Source: an uncultured Spirochaetota bacterium
GTDB lineage: Bacteria > Spirochaetota > Brevinematia > Brevinematales > JAOACQ01
Length of the DNA stretch: 64,000 nucleotides
Direction of reading: 5' to 3'
NCBI GenBank assembly: GCA_963835575.1
Contig: CAWIGG010000004.1
Coordinates: 768,001-832,000, forward strand
In this document: positions 10,088 to 20,100 of the stretch, one piece after another
Position numbering within the stretch: the stretch's first letter is position 1
Layout of the letters: each line of letters opens with the position of its first letter
Program-made: the position numbers and the translations under genes
Notes under the pieces: generated by a model
What the model was told of the DNA's origin: nothing
Database searches by the model: none
What the model saw: the letters and a program-made list of their open reading frames with translations, nothing else

Positions 10088-12193
10088 ATGCCTGTGATCG
10101 ATATAGAAAAAATAAAAAAAGCCGGCGATTACATCCGTTATCTGTCGCTTTTCTGTGTGGAAATGGCAAATTCCGGGCATCCTGGGCTTCCGCTGGGATG
10201 CGCCGATATCGGCGTTGTATTGTTCCGGTATATTTTAAAATATAATCCTGAAGTTCCGAATTGGCTTAACAGGGACAGGTTTTTTTTATCAGCCGGCCAT
10301 GGATCAATGCTGATCTATTCGCTCCTTCATTGCGCTGGATATGGAATTAAAATTTCAGATTTGACGCGATTCAGGCAGGCAGGGAGTATTACCGCGGGGC
10401 ACCCGGAATACTGTATCAGTAATGGAATAGAAGCGACGACCGGCCCGCTCGGTCAGGGATTTGCGAATGCCGTGGGAGCGGCAATTGAGGGGAAAATGCT
10501 CGCGGCCAGGTTTAATAAGGATAATTACCCGCTTTTTGATTATACAGTTTATACATTAATGGGAGACGGCTGTAATATGGAAGGAATCAGTTACGAAGCC
10601 GGATCGCTTGCTGGGCATCTCGGCTTGGATAACATTATAGCCATTTATGATTCTAATGATATCACCATTGACGGCTCAACAAAAATAAGTTTTACCGAGG
10701 ATGTCGGCAAAAGGTATGAGGCCCTCGGCTGGCATGTGGAAAAAACCGATGCCGGGCATATTGAGGATTTCTATCATAAAATAAATCAATTAAAAGATTT
10801 AAAGGGAAAGCCCAAGCTTATCATAGTAAAAACGAAAATCGGTGAAGGCCTGAATAAAGTCAAAGGAACGAAAAAGGCGCATGGCACACCGGCCGGCCCG
10901 GATGAAATTGCTTATTTTATTCAGAATTCCAGAATAAAAAAATTATTCCAGGATACTTACGGCACTGAAAATGTGGAAAATGCGCAGAAATTAATAGAGC
11001 TTTGCAGGAAGGATATTCTTGAAAAAAATCTTCCTTTTGAAAGCCCTGAAGACACAGCTTATATTCATGAAAGATCAGTTGAAAATCAAAAACAATATAA
11101 TGATTATAAGGTATTATTGAATAATTATAATAAATTGTTTCCCGAAAAGTATAAAGAACTGTCCGGATACCTTGATTTTCATATGCCTGCTGATTTAAAG
11201 GAAAAATTGCTTTTTTATAAAGAGGACAAGGCAGATGCGACCAGGAACATATCCGGAAGGATCCTGAATATCTGTGCTGAAGCTTTGCCGCAGATCGCGG
11301 GAGGAGCGGCGGATCTTGTTAAGTCCACAAAGGCTTTTATAAAATCATCCGGGTATATCAACCGGAATGATTTTAGCGGAAGGAATATCGCCTTCGGGAT
11401 AAGGGAGCATGCAATGGGCTCAATCTGCAACGGAATGGCTCTGAATAGAGTTCTTCTGCCGTTCAGCTCAACTTTCTTTACATTCTTTGATTATATGAAA
11501 CCCTCTGTACGGCTGGCCGCGATCATGAAAATCAAGCACCTTTTTGTTTTCAGCCATGATTCCATCTATGTCGGTGAAGACGGACCGACTCATCAGCCGA
11601 TTGAACAGCTTAATGCTTTAAGGCTTATTCCCGGCATTTTTGCGTTCCGTCCGGCAAATGATATTGAAACAGCTTTTTCTTACCTGTATTATTTAACCGA
11701 GACCGATGGGCCCGCGGCTATTATCTGCACAAGACAGAATGTATCAGAAAAGGTATTTCATCTTGAATTTGACCATAAGAAGCTTTATGATGACTTTAAA
11801 AAGGGCGCATATATCATTTATGAAAGCCCCGGCAATAATAAGCCTGAAATTATCCTGGGCGGGTCGGGTTCTGAAACAGGCCTTGCCTTGGAAGCGGCCG
11901 GACTTATTGAAAAAAGGGATGAAAAAAAAGTCCGCGTCATCAGCGTACCATGCCTTGAGCTTTTTAATAAAAGTGAAAATGACTATCGGGATCATCTGCT
12001 GGAAAACGGAAGCTTGCCTTTTGTATTTATAGAGGCCGCATCCCATCGGGGAGTGAATTTCTTCTATGGCAAAAACATTCATCTGATTGATATTGAAGAC
12101 TTTGGCTATTCCGGGCCTGCAAACAAGGTGGCTGAAATTTATGGTTTTACTCCGGAAACGGTTTATTCAAAAATCAAAAAGATGGGATTATAG
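10088..12193 (+). CDS. tkt: Transketolase
   Basis: SGHPG, RDRFFLSAGHGS, TTGPLGQG, GDGC.MEG, FGIREHAM, HDSIYVGEDGPTHQP. Start placed at MPVID after GAGGAG. Confidence 0.93.
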   Translation: MPVIDIEKIKKAGDYIRYLSLFCVEMANSGHPGLPLGCADIGVVLFRYILKYNPEVPNWLNRDRFFLSAGHGSMLIYSLLHCAGYGIKISDLTRFRQAGSITAGHPEYCISNGIEATTGPLGQGFANAVGAAIEGKMLAARFNKDNYPLFDYTVYTLMGDGCNMEGISYEAGSLAGHLGLDNIIAIYDSNDITIDGSTKISFTEDVGKRYEALGWHVEKTDAGHIEDFYHKINQLKDLKGKPKLIIVKTKIGEGLNKVKGTKKAHGTPAGPDEIAYFIQNSRIKKLFQDTYGTENVENAQKLIELCRKDILEKNLPFESPEDTAYIHERSVENQKQYNDYKVLLNNYNKLFPEKYKELSGYLDFHMPADLKEKLLFYKEDKADATRNISGRILNICAEALPQIAGGAADLVKSTKAFIKSSGYINRNDFSGRNIAFGIREHAMGSICNGMALNRVLLPFSSTFFTFFDYMKPSVRLAAIMKIKHLFVFSHDSIYVGEDGPTHQPIEQLNALRLIPGIFAFRPANDIETAFSYLYYLTETDGPAAIICTRQNVSEKVFHLEFDHKKLYDDFKKGAYIIYESPGNNKPEIILGGSGSETGLALEAAGLIEKRDEKKVRVISVPCLELFNKSENDYRDHLLENGSLPFVFIEAASHRGVNFFYGKNIHLIDIEDFGYSGPANKVAEIYGFTPETVYSKIKKMGL

Positions 12194-12206
12194 ATTTGAT
12201 TGAGTC

Positions 12207-12764
12207 TTGATATGTTCTTGTTTTAAAAGATGGAAATTAAATACTGCGAATTCTGCTTACAACGCGTATCTCAGGGAATTTCCTGACCATCAGAACGAAA
12301 CAGTTAAGGTTGATCTGCCTCTGCGCGGCATGGTTATCATAGGCGGGAATGACAATTTTATCGGCTTCGGGCAGGAAATTATTTTTCCGGTCGAAGGAAT
12401 TGTTGAAATAGTTGTAGTTGACATTGTAGACAAATCACCTCAGACCAATTATTCACTGGGCGATGCTAATTATATTTCCATAAGGGATGATAAAGGTTAT
12501 CATTGTCTTTTTATGCATAATAAAATGCGTTCGGCGCGCGTAAAACCCGGAGAGAGGGTGATGCCAGGCGATGTCCTGGCGGAGCTCAGAAATACCGGAA
12601 TGACATACATTCTTCATCTCCATTTCGGCATTTACGCGAAGGAATGGGTGCTGAGCGTTCCGGTGCGGTTTAAGAATTTCTATAAGATTAAAAAAGACGG
12701 CAGAAAAGTTAAAATTACCGAAGGTGTACCGGAACCCGGTGATATAATCGAATCGGTCCGTTAA
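12207..12764 (+). pseudogene. M23 peptidase-like remnant, probably truncated or degenerate
   Basis: FGQEIIFPVEG, GDANYISI, VKPGERV, NTG...HLHF. No clear RBS or start, and the N-terminal zinc motif region appears to be missing. Confidence 0.45.
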
Positions 12765-13930
12765 TCATAAAATCTCTGTGTTAAAATATCGGAATATTTC
12801 TCCAATAATCCGGCTTTAGCAGCATAATGAAATATGGTATACCTCGGCCGGATTTCCATGGCATGGATGAGACTTTCTTTAAATAGTTTCCTGCCGATGC
12901 CGAGAGTTTTCGGGCTGTCCGCCGCTCCGGCGGCATTTAATAATTTCTGCAGATGTTCAGGCTCCGGCACATTCAGGCTTGTTATAAGATCATCAGAAAA
13001 TAAATGGTATAAAGCCGATATGACTACAGACGCGGCGCCTACGGAATTCCCATGCAGGGGATGTTCCCTTCCATGAGAAAGCGCGTCCATTTCCCAGTAA
13101 TGGGCCAGGTGGTGCTCGGCGCCTGATGCGGGACGTGAATTACCGGTCAGCCCCATGGCTACTCCCGTCAGGATCAAAGCCTCCAGCAATTGCTCTATTG
13201 CTTCTTCATCCCTTTTACCGATTTTTTCAGCGTTTGAAACACATTTGTCCAGGGCGTTTTTTACAAGCATCGCGCTTGTTTTACAGAAATATTCCTTATT
13301 GATCTCTCCCGACAATTGCCAGTCGGCCAATGCTGTAAACTTGCCGATGATATCCCCGAAGCCGGCCCGGATCATCTCCATTGGGGCATTCTTTATTATT
13401 TCCATATCGGCGATAGCGGCATATGGAAAAACAGCCTCAAATGTTTTTTTAAAGCCGCTGATGATCAGCGCTGATACCATGGACGCGTAGCCGTCCATTG
13501 AGGGAGCAGTACAGACTATTATGTAAGGAATGCCGAGTTTGAAGCTTAGAAAACGGGCCAGGTCGTTCAGAGTGCCTGAACCGACAGTTATAATCAATGA
13601 AATATCCGGCGTGATTTTGGCAAGCAGTCGTTCGACCGCTTTTTCATCCGGCACAAGAGGAGATGTTGTCTCAAAGACAAAAGAAGCAGTTTGGAAATCA
13701 TTTTTATTGAGAAGGTCCAGGATTTTATTTCCGCAGACTTTGAATGTATTGTTATCGGCCGTAAGGAAGACTTTTTTCTTTTTAAAATCTTTTAACAGAT
13801 TGAGGAGCTCGTTTTCGGGATTTGTCCCGATATATATCTTATTGATGCCGATGGAATGTTTTCTTCCGCAGGAGCAGTCAAAAGACAGGCCGGGCATATC
13901 TTCAATTTTTAAATTCAATATCTCATCCAT
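12761..13930 (-). CDS. sn-glycerol-1-phosphate dehydrogenase (AraM/EgsA family)
   Basis: CSCGRKH, GSGTLND, TAPSMDGY, AGFGDIIGK, SRPASGAEHH, HGNSVG. Confidence 0.88.
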   Translation of the reverse strand: MDEILNLKIEDMPGLSFDCSCGRKHSIGINKIYIGTNPENELLNLLKDFKKKKVFLTADNNTFKVCGNKILDLLNKNDFQTASFVFETTSPLVPDEKAVERLLAKITPDISLIITVGSGTLNDLARFLSFKLGIPYIIVCTAPSMDGYASMVSALIISGFKKTFEAVFPYAAIADMEIIKNAPMEMIRAGFGDIIGKFTALADWQLSGEINKEYFCKTSAMLVKNALDKCVSNAEKIGKRDEEAIEQLLEALILTGVAMGLTGNSRPASGAEHHLAHYWEMDALSHGREHPLHGNSVGAASVVISALYHLFSDDLITSLNVPEPEHLQKLLNAAGAADSPKTLGIGRKLFKESLIHAMEIRPRYTIFHYAAKAGLLEKYSDILTQRFYD

Positions 13931-13951
13931 GCAAACCTCAATATTATTTTT

Positions 13952-15349
13952 TCACTGCCTTCCTACCGGTTTGATTTTTATGTCCTTTGCACCTTCAGCC
14001 AAAGCGGATTTTTCCATTTCCTTTTTTGAGAAATACCATGTGCAGAAAAGGACCAGCGCCATCACCGGTATGAAAGCGAGCGCGATGACATTGCCCGAAA
14101 AGGTCTTGTAAAGCCAGAAGCGGAGAGGGAGGCCGCCGTCCAGAAAGCTCGTGATCGTCCCGTTATATCCTGTAAATGTAAAATGCGCCTTTGCCGCCAG
14201 ATCGGTAAAGGTGACGGACATATAGGAAGCTATATAGAGCTGGGCTATGATCATCGGAATGCCGATAATGAAAGTCCGCACGATATTACCGTTTGTCGCG
14301 ACGACGATCATGACCACCATGGCCATCATGTTGGGCAGGTCGCCGATCGGGATGAACTTGATGCCGGGGAGCACAAAGGCAAGGATGAGAGCTATAGGCA
14401 TAAGAAGGAGCCCGCTCACGATAACGGCCGGATCGCCCATGATGACGGCGTTGTCAAGCCCCATATAAGTCTCGCCGATGGCTGGAAGCTTCTTCTTCAC
14501 GAATTCCTTCATGCCTTCGGAGATCGGTATCAGTCCGGACGTGAGTATTCCGCACATGGCCGGAAGGATCAGTATGACCGCCGATATCGAGAAGGCCAGC
14601 TCAAGGACATTTCTGACATCAAACCCCGCGCCGATCCCCAGCATAATACCGAGCACAAAGCCGATAACGATCGGCTCGCCGGCAAGTCCGAGCTTGTTTT
14701 TAAGCGAAACGGGATCGGCCTTGAGCTTATTGATGACAGGTATTTTATCAAGAATCGCGTTTCCGATGACTCCCGCCGGATAATAGCCGCCGACCGAAAG
14801 GGTGGTGATCGCGACACCCGGAAGCTTCGCGTACCGTTTGACATGCGGCGCGCCCCATTCGGCGATTTTCAGGACAATGACCTCGGCCGTAATGACCGCG
14901 GCTATTGTGATGTAAATATTGCCGGTGGCCGCGCTGACGAGCGCGCCGACCATCAGGAAGTGCCAGTAATTCCAGATATCGATATTCACGACTTTTGTCA
15001 GTTTGAAAAAGAGCATAAAGACATTGACGAGCATGATCACAAGAATCATGACCGGGGCCAGGCTGAAAGACCAGGCGATCGACGCAAGCGGCGGCCAGCC
15101 GACATCGAGCACGTTCATCGGCAGTCCGGTCCGCACGACAAGGGCCTTGACCGCGGGACCGATTTTGGACACAAAGAAATCAAAAGCAATGAAAATCCCG
15201 ATGAACCCGATCCCGATATTGAGGGCCGCCTTAACCGATGTCGAGAATTTAAGGCGGAAGACCATCGCGAAGATGAAGATAAAGACAGGCAGCATCACAT
15301 AAACTTTAAAACTGAAGATATAGGTAATGACGGTATTGACGGTTTGCAT
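13952..15349 (-). CDS. PTS galactitol-family IIC component (GatC-like)
   Basis: LDVGWP, NIDIWNYWH, MGLD, PIGDL motifs; multi-pass membrane protein. Confidence 0.85.
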   Translation of the reverse strand: MQTVNTVITYIFSFKVYVMLPVFIFIFAMVFRLKFSTSVKAALNIGIGFIGIFIAFDFFVSKIGPAVKALVVRTGLPMNVLDVGWPPLASIAWSFSLAPVMILVIMLVNVFMLFFKLTKVVNIDIWNYWHFLMVGALVSAATGNIYITIAAVITAEVIVLKIAEWGAPHVKRYAKLPGVAITTLSVGGYYPAGVIGNAILDKIPVINKLKADPVSLKNKLGLAGEPIVIGFVLGIMLGIGAGFDVRNVLELAFSISAVILILPAMCGILTSGLIPISEGMKEFVKKKLPAIGETYMGLDNAVIMGDPAVIVSGLLLMPIALILAFVLPGIKFIPIGDLPNMMAMVVMIVVATNGNIVRTFIIGIPMIIAQLYIASYMSVTFTDLAAKAHFTFTGYNGTITSFLDGGLPLRFWLYKTFSGNVIALAFIPVMALVLFCTWYFSKKEMEKSALAEGAKDIKIKPVGRQ

Positions 15350-15553
15350 GATGGTTTCCCTTGTTAATGATTAAATATCACTAAACAACAGAAGATTATT
15401 TTAGTGCAGGACCGGAATGTTTGCAAACTATCAACAGGCTTTATGATGTATTAAAAGTATTGAATCAATCATCGGCAAATTTATTGATGTTTTGTTTTTG
15501 AATTTAATTTTCGATATCATGGTTTGAGTATACAGAACCTGGAAAAATGATTA

Positions 15554-15598
15554 TCAATGGATCATATCGTCAAGATAATCATCATTTATCCGGGTCAT
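15554..15598 (-). pseudogene. 14-codon stub resembling the N-terminus of a DUF86/HepT toxin
   Basis: ATGA overlap with the MntA stop; reads MTRINDDYLDDMIH* (compare typical MxRDxxxYLxDI starts). Confidence 0.5.
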
Positions 15599-15888
15599 AA
15601 AAACAGTACTTCTCGCATTATTTCCTTACCGATCCTGGGTTTCAGCGAGTTTTTCATGACCAGGTCTACTTTTAATCCTAATTTATCGGAGAGTTTATTC
15701 TCAAGACCGGCAAATTCAAGCAAGGTCGGCGTTTTATTAAAATCCACCAGAATATCGAGATCGCTTTTTTCCATTGCCTCGCCCCTGATATAAGAACCGA
15801 AGATGCCGATTTCATTAATATAATATTCTTTTTTTAAATCAGGTATTTCTTTCATCAATTCCGCTTTTATTTCTGATAAATTTTTCAT
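15595..15888 (-). CDS. Minimal nucleotidyltransferase (MntA-type antitoxin)
   Basis: GIFGSYIRGE...SDLDILVDF...LGLKVDLV; 97 aa. Confidence 0.88.
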   Translation of the reverse strand: MKNLSEIKAELMKEIPDLKKEYYINEIGIFGSYIRGEAMEKSDLDILVDFNKTPTLLEFAGLENKLSDKLGLKVDLVMKNSLKPRIGKEIMREVLFL

Positions 15889-16019
15889 AAAAAAGATCTC
15901 CTGACAAATATTATATTGTGTATTTTACCAGATAATACCGATTATGTAAAGTGTGATGCCTGCGTATTTCTTTTAATAAGTGAGAATGTATTGTATAATA
16001 TTAAAAGCGAGGGGGATTT

Positions 16020-16163
16020 ATGCCTTTAACGAAGCTTTTGAATTTTCTGTTCAGCAGAAGGACCAGCAGCAGCAACTCTAATCTTTCCATGTCGAACGAC
16101 TGGATGACACGGAACCAGATCAAGTTTAAGAGTAAAAGGAATGTCAGTCCGGTGAAAAGGTAG
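16020..16163 (+). CDS. Putative 47-aa basic small protein
   Basis: TATAAT and GAGGGGG RBS precede the ATG; reads MPLTKLLNFLFSRRTSSS...KFKSKRNVSPVKR*. Confidence 0.35.
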   Translation: MPLTKLLNFLFSRRTSSSNSNLSMSNDWMTRNQIKFKSKRNVSPVKR

Positions 16164-16180
16164 GGGGTGCCGGAGGTTTT

Positions 16181-16537
16181 GTTCACTTTTCTTTTGGCAG
16201 ACGTCCCAAAAGAAAAGTGAACCGAAAAGAAAAAGACTTTGAGGCCATTTCCATACGGAGCGATCGGATAGTATGGAGGTGTGTCATCCGGTTTTTATTC
16301 AAAACAATTCTTATTTAATAGCCTCCTTATATCGCTGTCCTTGCCCAGCACCACTTTGAGGACAGGCAATCAAAGTGGTGCTGGGTGTGGCTTTATGCGG
16401 CGGTTGCGGCATCCCTTCGATGCTCCCTCACCATTTTGTTGGTTTAATATTCTAAGCTTATCAAAATGGTGAGGGATTACTCAGGGCAAGCCTTGCCGCA
16501 AGCATTTAACTCTTTTCTATTATTATAAAATGGCCTC
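16181..16537. repeat. Cluster of nested palindromic (REP/BIME-like) elements downstream of the RAYT gene
   Basis: Paired arms: gttcacttttcttttgg/ccaaaagaaaagtgaac; gaggccattt/aaatggcctc; cccagcaccactttga/tcaaagtggtgctggg; ttgcggca/tgccgcaa; ccctcaccattttg/caaaatggtgaggg. Confidence 0.7.
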
Positions 16538-16586
16538 GGGAACGGATGTTTTGTTGAACGATCCTGTTTTCTATATATAATATTCT

Positions 16587-17108
16587 TTAATTTTCCTCAT
16601 CAATATTCCAATTTGACGGATTGTTTAAAATATATTCCCGGTGATGATGCAAATCCTTTTCATCCCTGATGATATGATCGTGATATCTTGATTGCCAATA
16701 AAATTCGATTTTATTCAATACCGCCCATTTTTTCACGCCGATTTTGAATCCCCGGATTATTGAGGGAATGTTCATAGATTGCGGCCCGAATTTTCCGTTT
16801 GCGGTTGGTTTTTTTAATTGTAGAGACGCAAAATTTTGCGTCTCTACAATTATAATCCCATGTAAATGGTCCGGCATGACGACATATTCATCCAATACCG
16901 CAAACGGAAAATGTGCCGGGATTTCCCGCCAACATTTGTCCGCGTTTTTCCCCGTTTCCGATAATACCATTTTTCCATCCTTTATATGCCCGAAATACGG
17001 TTCACGGTTTTTTGTGCAGACCGTCAGGAAATAAATACCGGCCTTGGAATAATCCCATCCTTTCAACCGGGCGGACTCGACGCGGTATTTGTTATTGAAT
17101 AAGGTCAT
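16587..17108 (-). mobile_element. REP-associated tyrosine transposase (RAYT, HUH/Y1 family)
   Basis: SARLKGWDYS..GIYFLTVCT, VVMPDHLHGII (HUH), WQSRYHDHIIR, REYILNNP. Confidence 0.9.
16815..16852. repeat. GTAG-type REP palindrome inside the RAYT coding sequence
   Basis: Perfect 38-bp palindrome taattgtagagacgcaaaattttgcgtctctacaatta; translated as VETQNFASLQ. Confidence 0.85.
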
Positions 17109-20100
17109 TTATCTCGTCCTTCAACAATCGCGATCTCTTCCTCCGTCAGCCCGTACAGCTCATAAACCATCCGGTCGATCTGCCTATCTGTCTTTTCTAT
17201 CTCTGCTTTCAATCCTGCCGTCTCCTTCCGGTGTTCCTCAAAATACTCCTTCCACTCGTCCTGGTCTTTAAGTGAGAGCCGGATTTTCTGCTTACGCAGT
17301 TCGTCCAGAAAGGCGGCGAAATCCATTGTGTAGAAATCTTCAAGATTCTGCGTGATTTTAATGGAACGGAAGTTGTCCCGAAGGCGCTGAAGAAAACGAT
17401 TAATAATTGAATGCAATCTTTTATGCATTTCTATCAATGAATTAGCTTTTTCAACATAAGGTTTTTGCTGAGATTTATTTGCTTTGAATATTGGTAATTT
17501 TCTTAATTCACTTAATGTAGTTTGTCTAAAATCATCTTTTGTTGCTATTGTAGATTGGTTTAAGTATAAGAAAGATAAAAGTTTGCTATTTATTAATGCC
17601 AATAAATAAAATATATGATAATTTTCATCTTTAATAATAAATGGATTCAAATCCTTTTTGACAATTAAATCTTGATTATAATAACAAGCCATAATTCTAT
17701 TTTGACGACTTATTATTCGTCTAATTAGGATTCTTTCATTTTTAATATAATATTTAATAATTGATTTATATGATCCCATATCAGTATGATTTATATCTTC
17801 AATAGCTATACTATATCTATAAACTTGCCCTTTCACTAAATATGGATATATATTCAGCCCTTTTTCATTAGTAACATGAAACATGTTACCAGCTAGCCCT
17901 TGAGTAGAATCAGTAATTTCTCCGAAGGAAATAAATTTACTATTTTTTGTTTTTGCTAAAATAATGTTTACATTCTTTTGAAGAATAATTTTGTAGTCTT
18001 CCCTATTTATAAAATTCAATTCTATTGTTTCATAATTTATCTTTTCTAGAGTATTAATATCTTTATTTTTTGGATATTGATAAATTTCATAATAATCCCG
18101 TGTTTTTGTTTTTCCAATTACATAGATACCTGTATCAACATATGCATCTTCAAAAACATTAAAAGGCAAATTTATTATTTTCTTTAATTGATGATTTGAG
18201 AGTAAATATTTTCTTAAATTCAAATAGTTTTCTCCAGTCTGCCATGTAATAGAAGAGATATAACCTAAATTTCCAAATTCGTGTAATAATTCAAGACCTT
18301 TTAAAATAAAAACAATGGAAGAATCATATTTTCTTTCTAAGAATATAAATTTATTTTTATAATAATCCTTTTCGTTATTATTCATTGATTCAATAGGAAT
18401 ATACGGCGGGTTTCCAATCACCACATCAAAGCCGCCTTCCGGGAATTCTTTTTCCCACTTAAAAGCCTTTTCCCCGGCGACGGCAGGGTCGTCTATGAGG
18501 GAGTTTCCGCACTTGATATTATTGTCGAGGTTGTCGAGCTTCTTCCCTTTATGGGCCGTCTTGAGCCAGAGCGAAAGCTTCGTGATCTCGACCGATTCGG
18601 AATTGATGTCCACACCGTAGAGGTTATTCTGAAGAATGCTTTTGTCGATTTCCTCGGGTTTGAAAAGGACCGTTTCACCTTTCTCATGAAGTTTCTTCAT
18701 CTCGTTATGGACCCGCTGATGCTCTTTCCAGAGGTAGTTGAAAGCGGCAATGAGAAACGCGCCGGAGCCGCACGCCGGGTCAAGAATTCTGATTTTCTTG
18801 AGGTAGTTCTCACGGTAATCCGTCAGAATAATTTCCTCACGGTTTTTAAGCTTGTCTTTTGGTGAATATTTTTTATCAAGCTCATCGAGTTTTTCCTTAA
18901 GCCACGCGCCGACCGTATTTTCAACGATATAGCGGGTGATATATTCAGGCGTGTAATAGACGCCTTCCTTCTTCCGCTTTGAGGGTGTTCCTTTTTTTCC
19001 GGCGGTTTCCTCACTTTTTTCAAAACTCGAGCGCATTTCCTCCAGGTCGGAAATGGACTGTTCGAAGATATGCCCCAGTATGTTGACATTCAGTTCGTTT
19101 TCATCGCCGAAGTCGTATTGCCTGCCGATGCCGGATATTTCCTCGAATAAAAAATTGCGGATTTTAAGGGCATCGAGATTGGTGTCTTCTTTAAACAGGC
19201 CGCCGTCGTAGCCATGCGGGATATCGAAATTTCCACCCCTGTCGATGGCGCGGAACAGGTTCTTGACCTTTTCCCAGATGGTAAAATCATTCCCCGAATA
19301 GTAAGCGCTCTTTTTTTCATCTTCAATAACGCGGGAAAGGATGTTGGACGGCAGTAAAAGGTTTCTTGAATCCTCGCAGAACCAGCAGAAGATGATCCTG
19401 TCGAGGAACTTCTGGACCAATGACAATAATTGATGTTTATTGTTATCAAATTCCCGGTTATTTTTCAATAATTCCGAGAATATTTTAGACCGGAGTTCTT
19501 TATAATGACTATAAAATTCTTTCTGGACTTTCTGCTCTTCCAGCCCCTGTCTGGACAGAATATCTTCGGAATAGGATTTCCCATCCCGGGCTAAAAGGTG
19601 TTCCGCTTTCAGTATATTGATAAATTTAAGCGTTTCGGTTTCTTCCGAAAGCGGCCTGTGCCGGAGCGTCTGATCATCAGGCACATTAAAATAAAACGTT
19701 TCGCATCTGGCTTTACCGGCCTGCTTAAAGTAAAGCCGGATTTCATTGAAATTTGTGACGATGCCCCATTTCGCTTCCGTATAATATTCCAGATAGTTCC
19801 AGCATTGATCAACCGGCGAATAACGGTCTTTCCGGCTGGAAGGCTTATCCAGGTCGTCGGAAGACTGGTCCTTAAATTCAACCAGGACCTGGGCTTTCTC
19901 GGCTTCCTTTGTAAAATAACCCAGAGCCATATCGGCTGAGCCGGAGCCTCCCCCGGCCCCGCCGCCTTTAACGGCAAATTCGCTTGTCAGCGTATAATTG
20001 AGGGAGTCTTTCCCTTTTCCATGATAACCGAGGATCTTTTCAAAAACGACTTCAATAAATTGATTGGCGTCACCTGTTTCTTTATCAATACCTTTGGTGA

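Noticed and set aside
14183..15367. 394-aa plus-strand ORF
   Set aside because: Antisense shadow of the GC-rich GatC-like gene; His/Asp/Arg-rich composition typical of the reverse of hydrophobic codons; no motifs.
16001..16472. ORFs 16001-16186 (-) and 16281-16472 (+)
   Set aside because: The first is antisense to a better-supported small ORF; the second is a translation of palindromic repeat DNA with no RBS.
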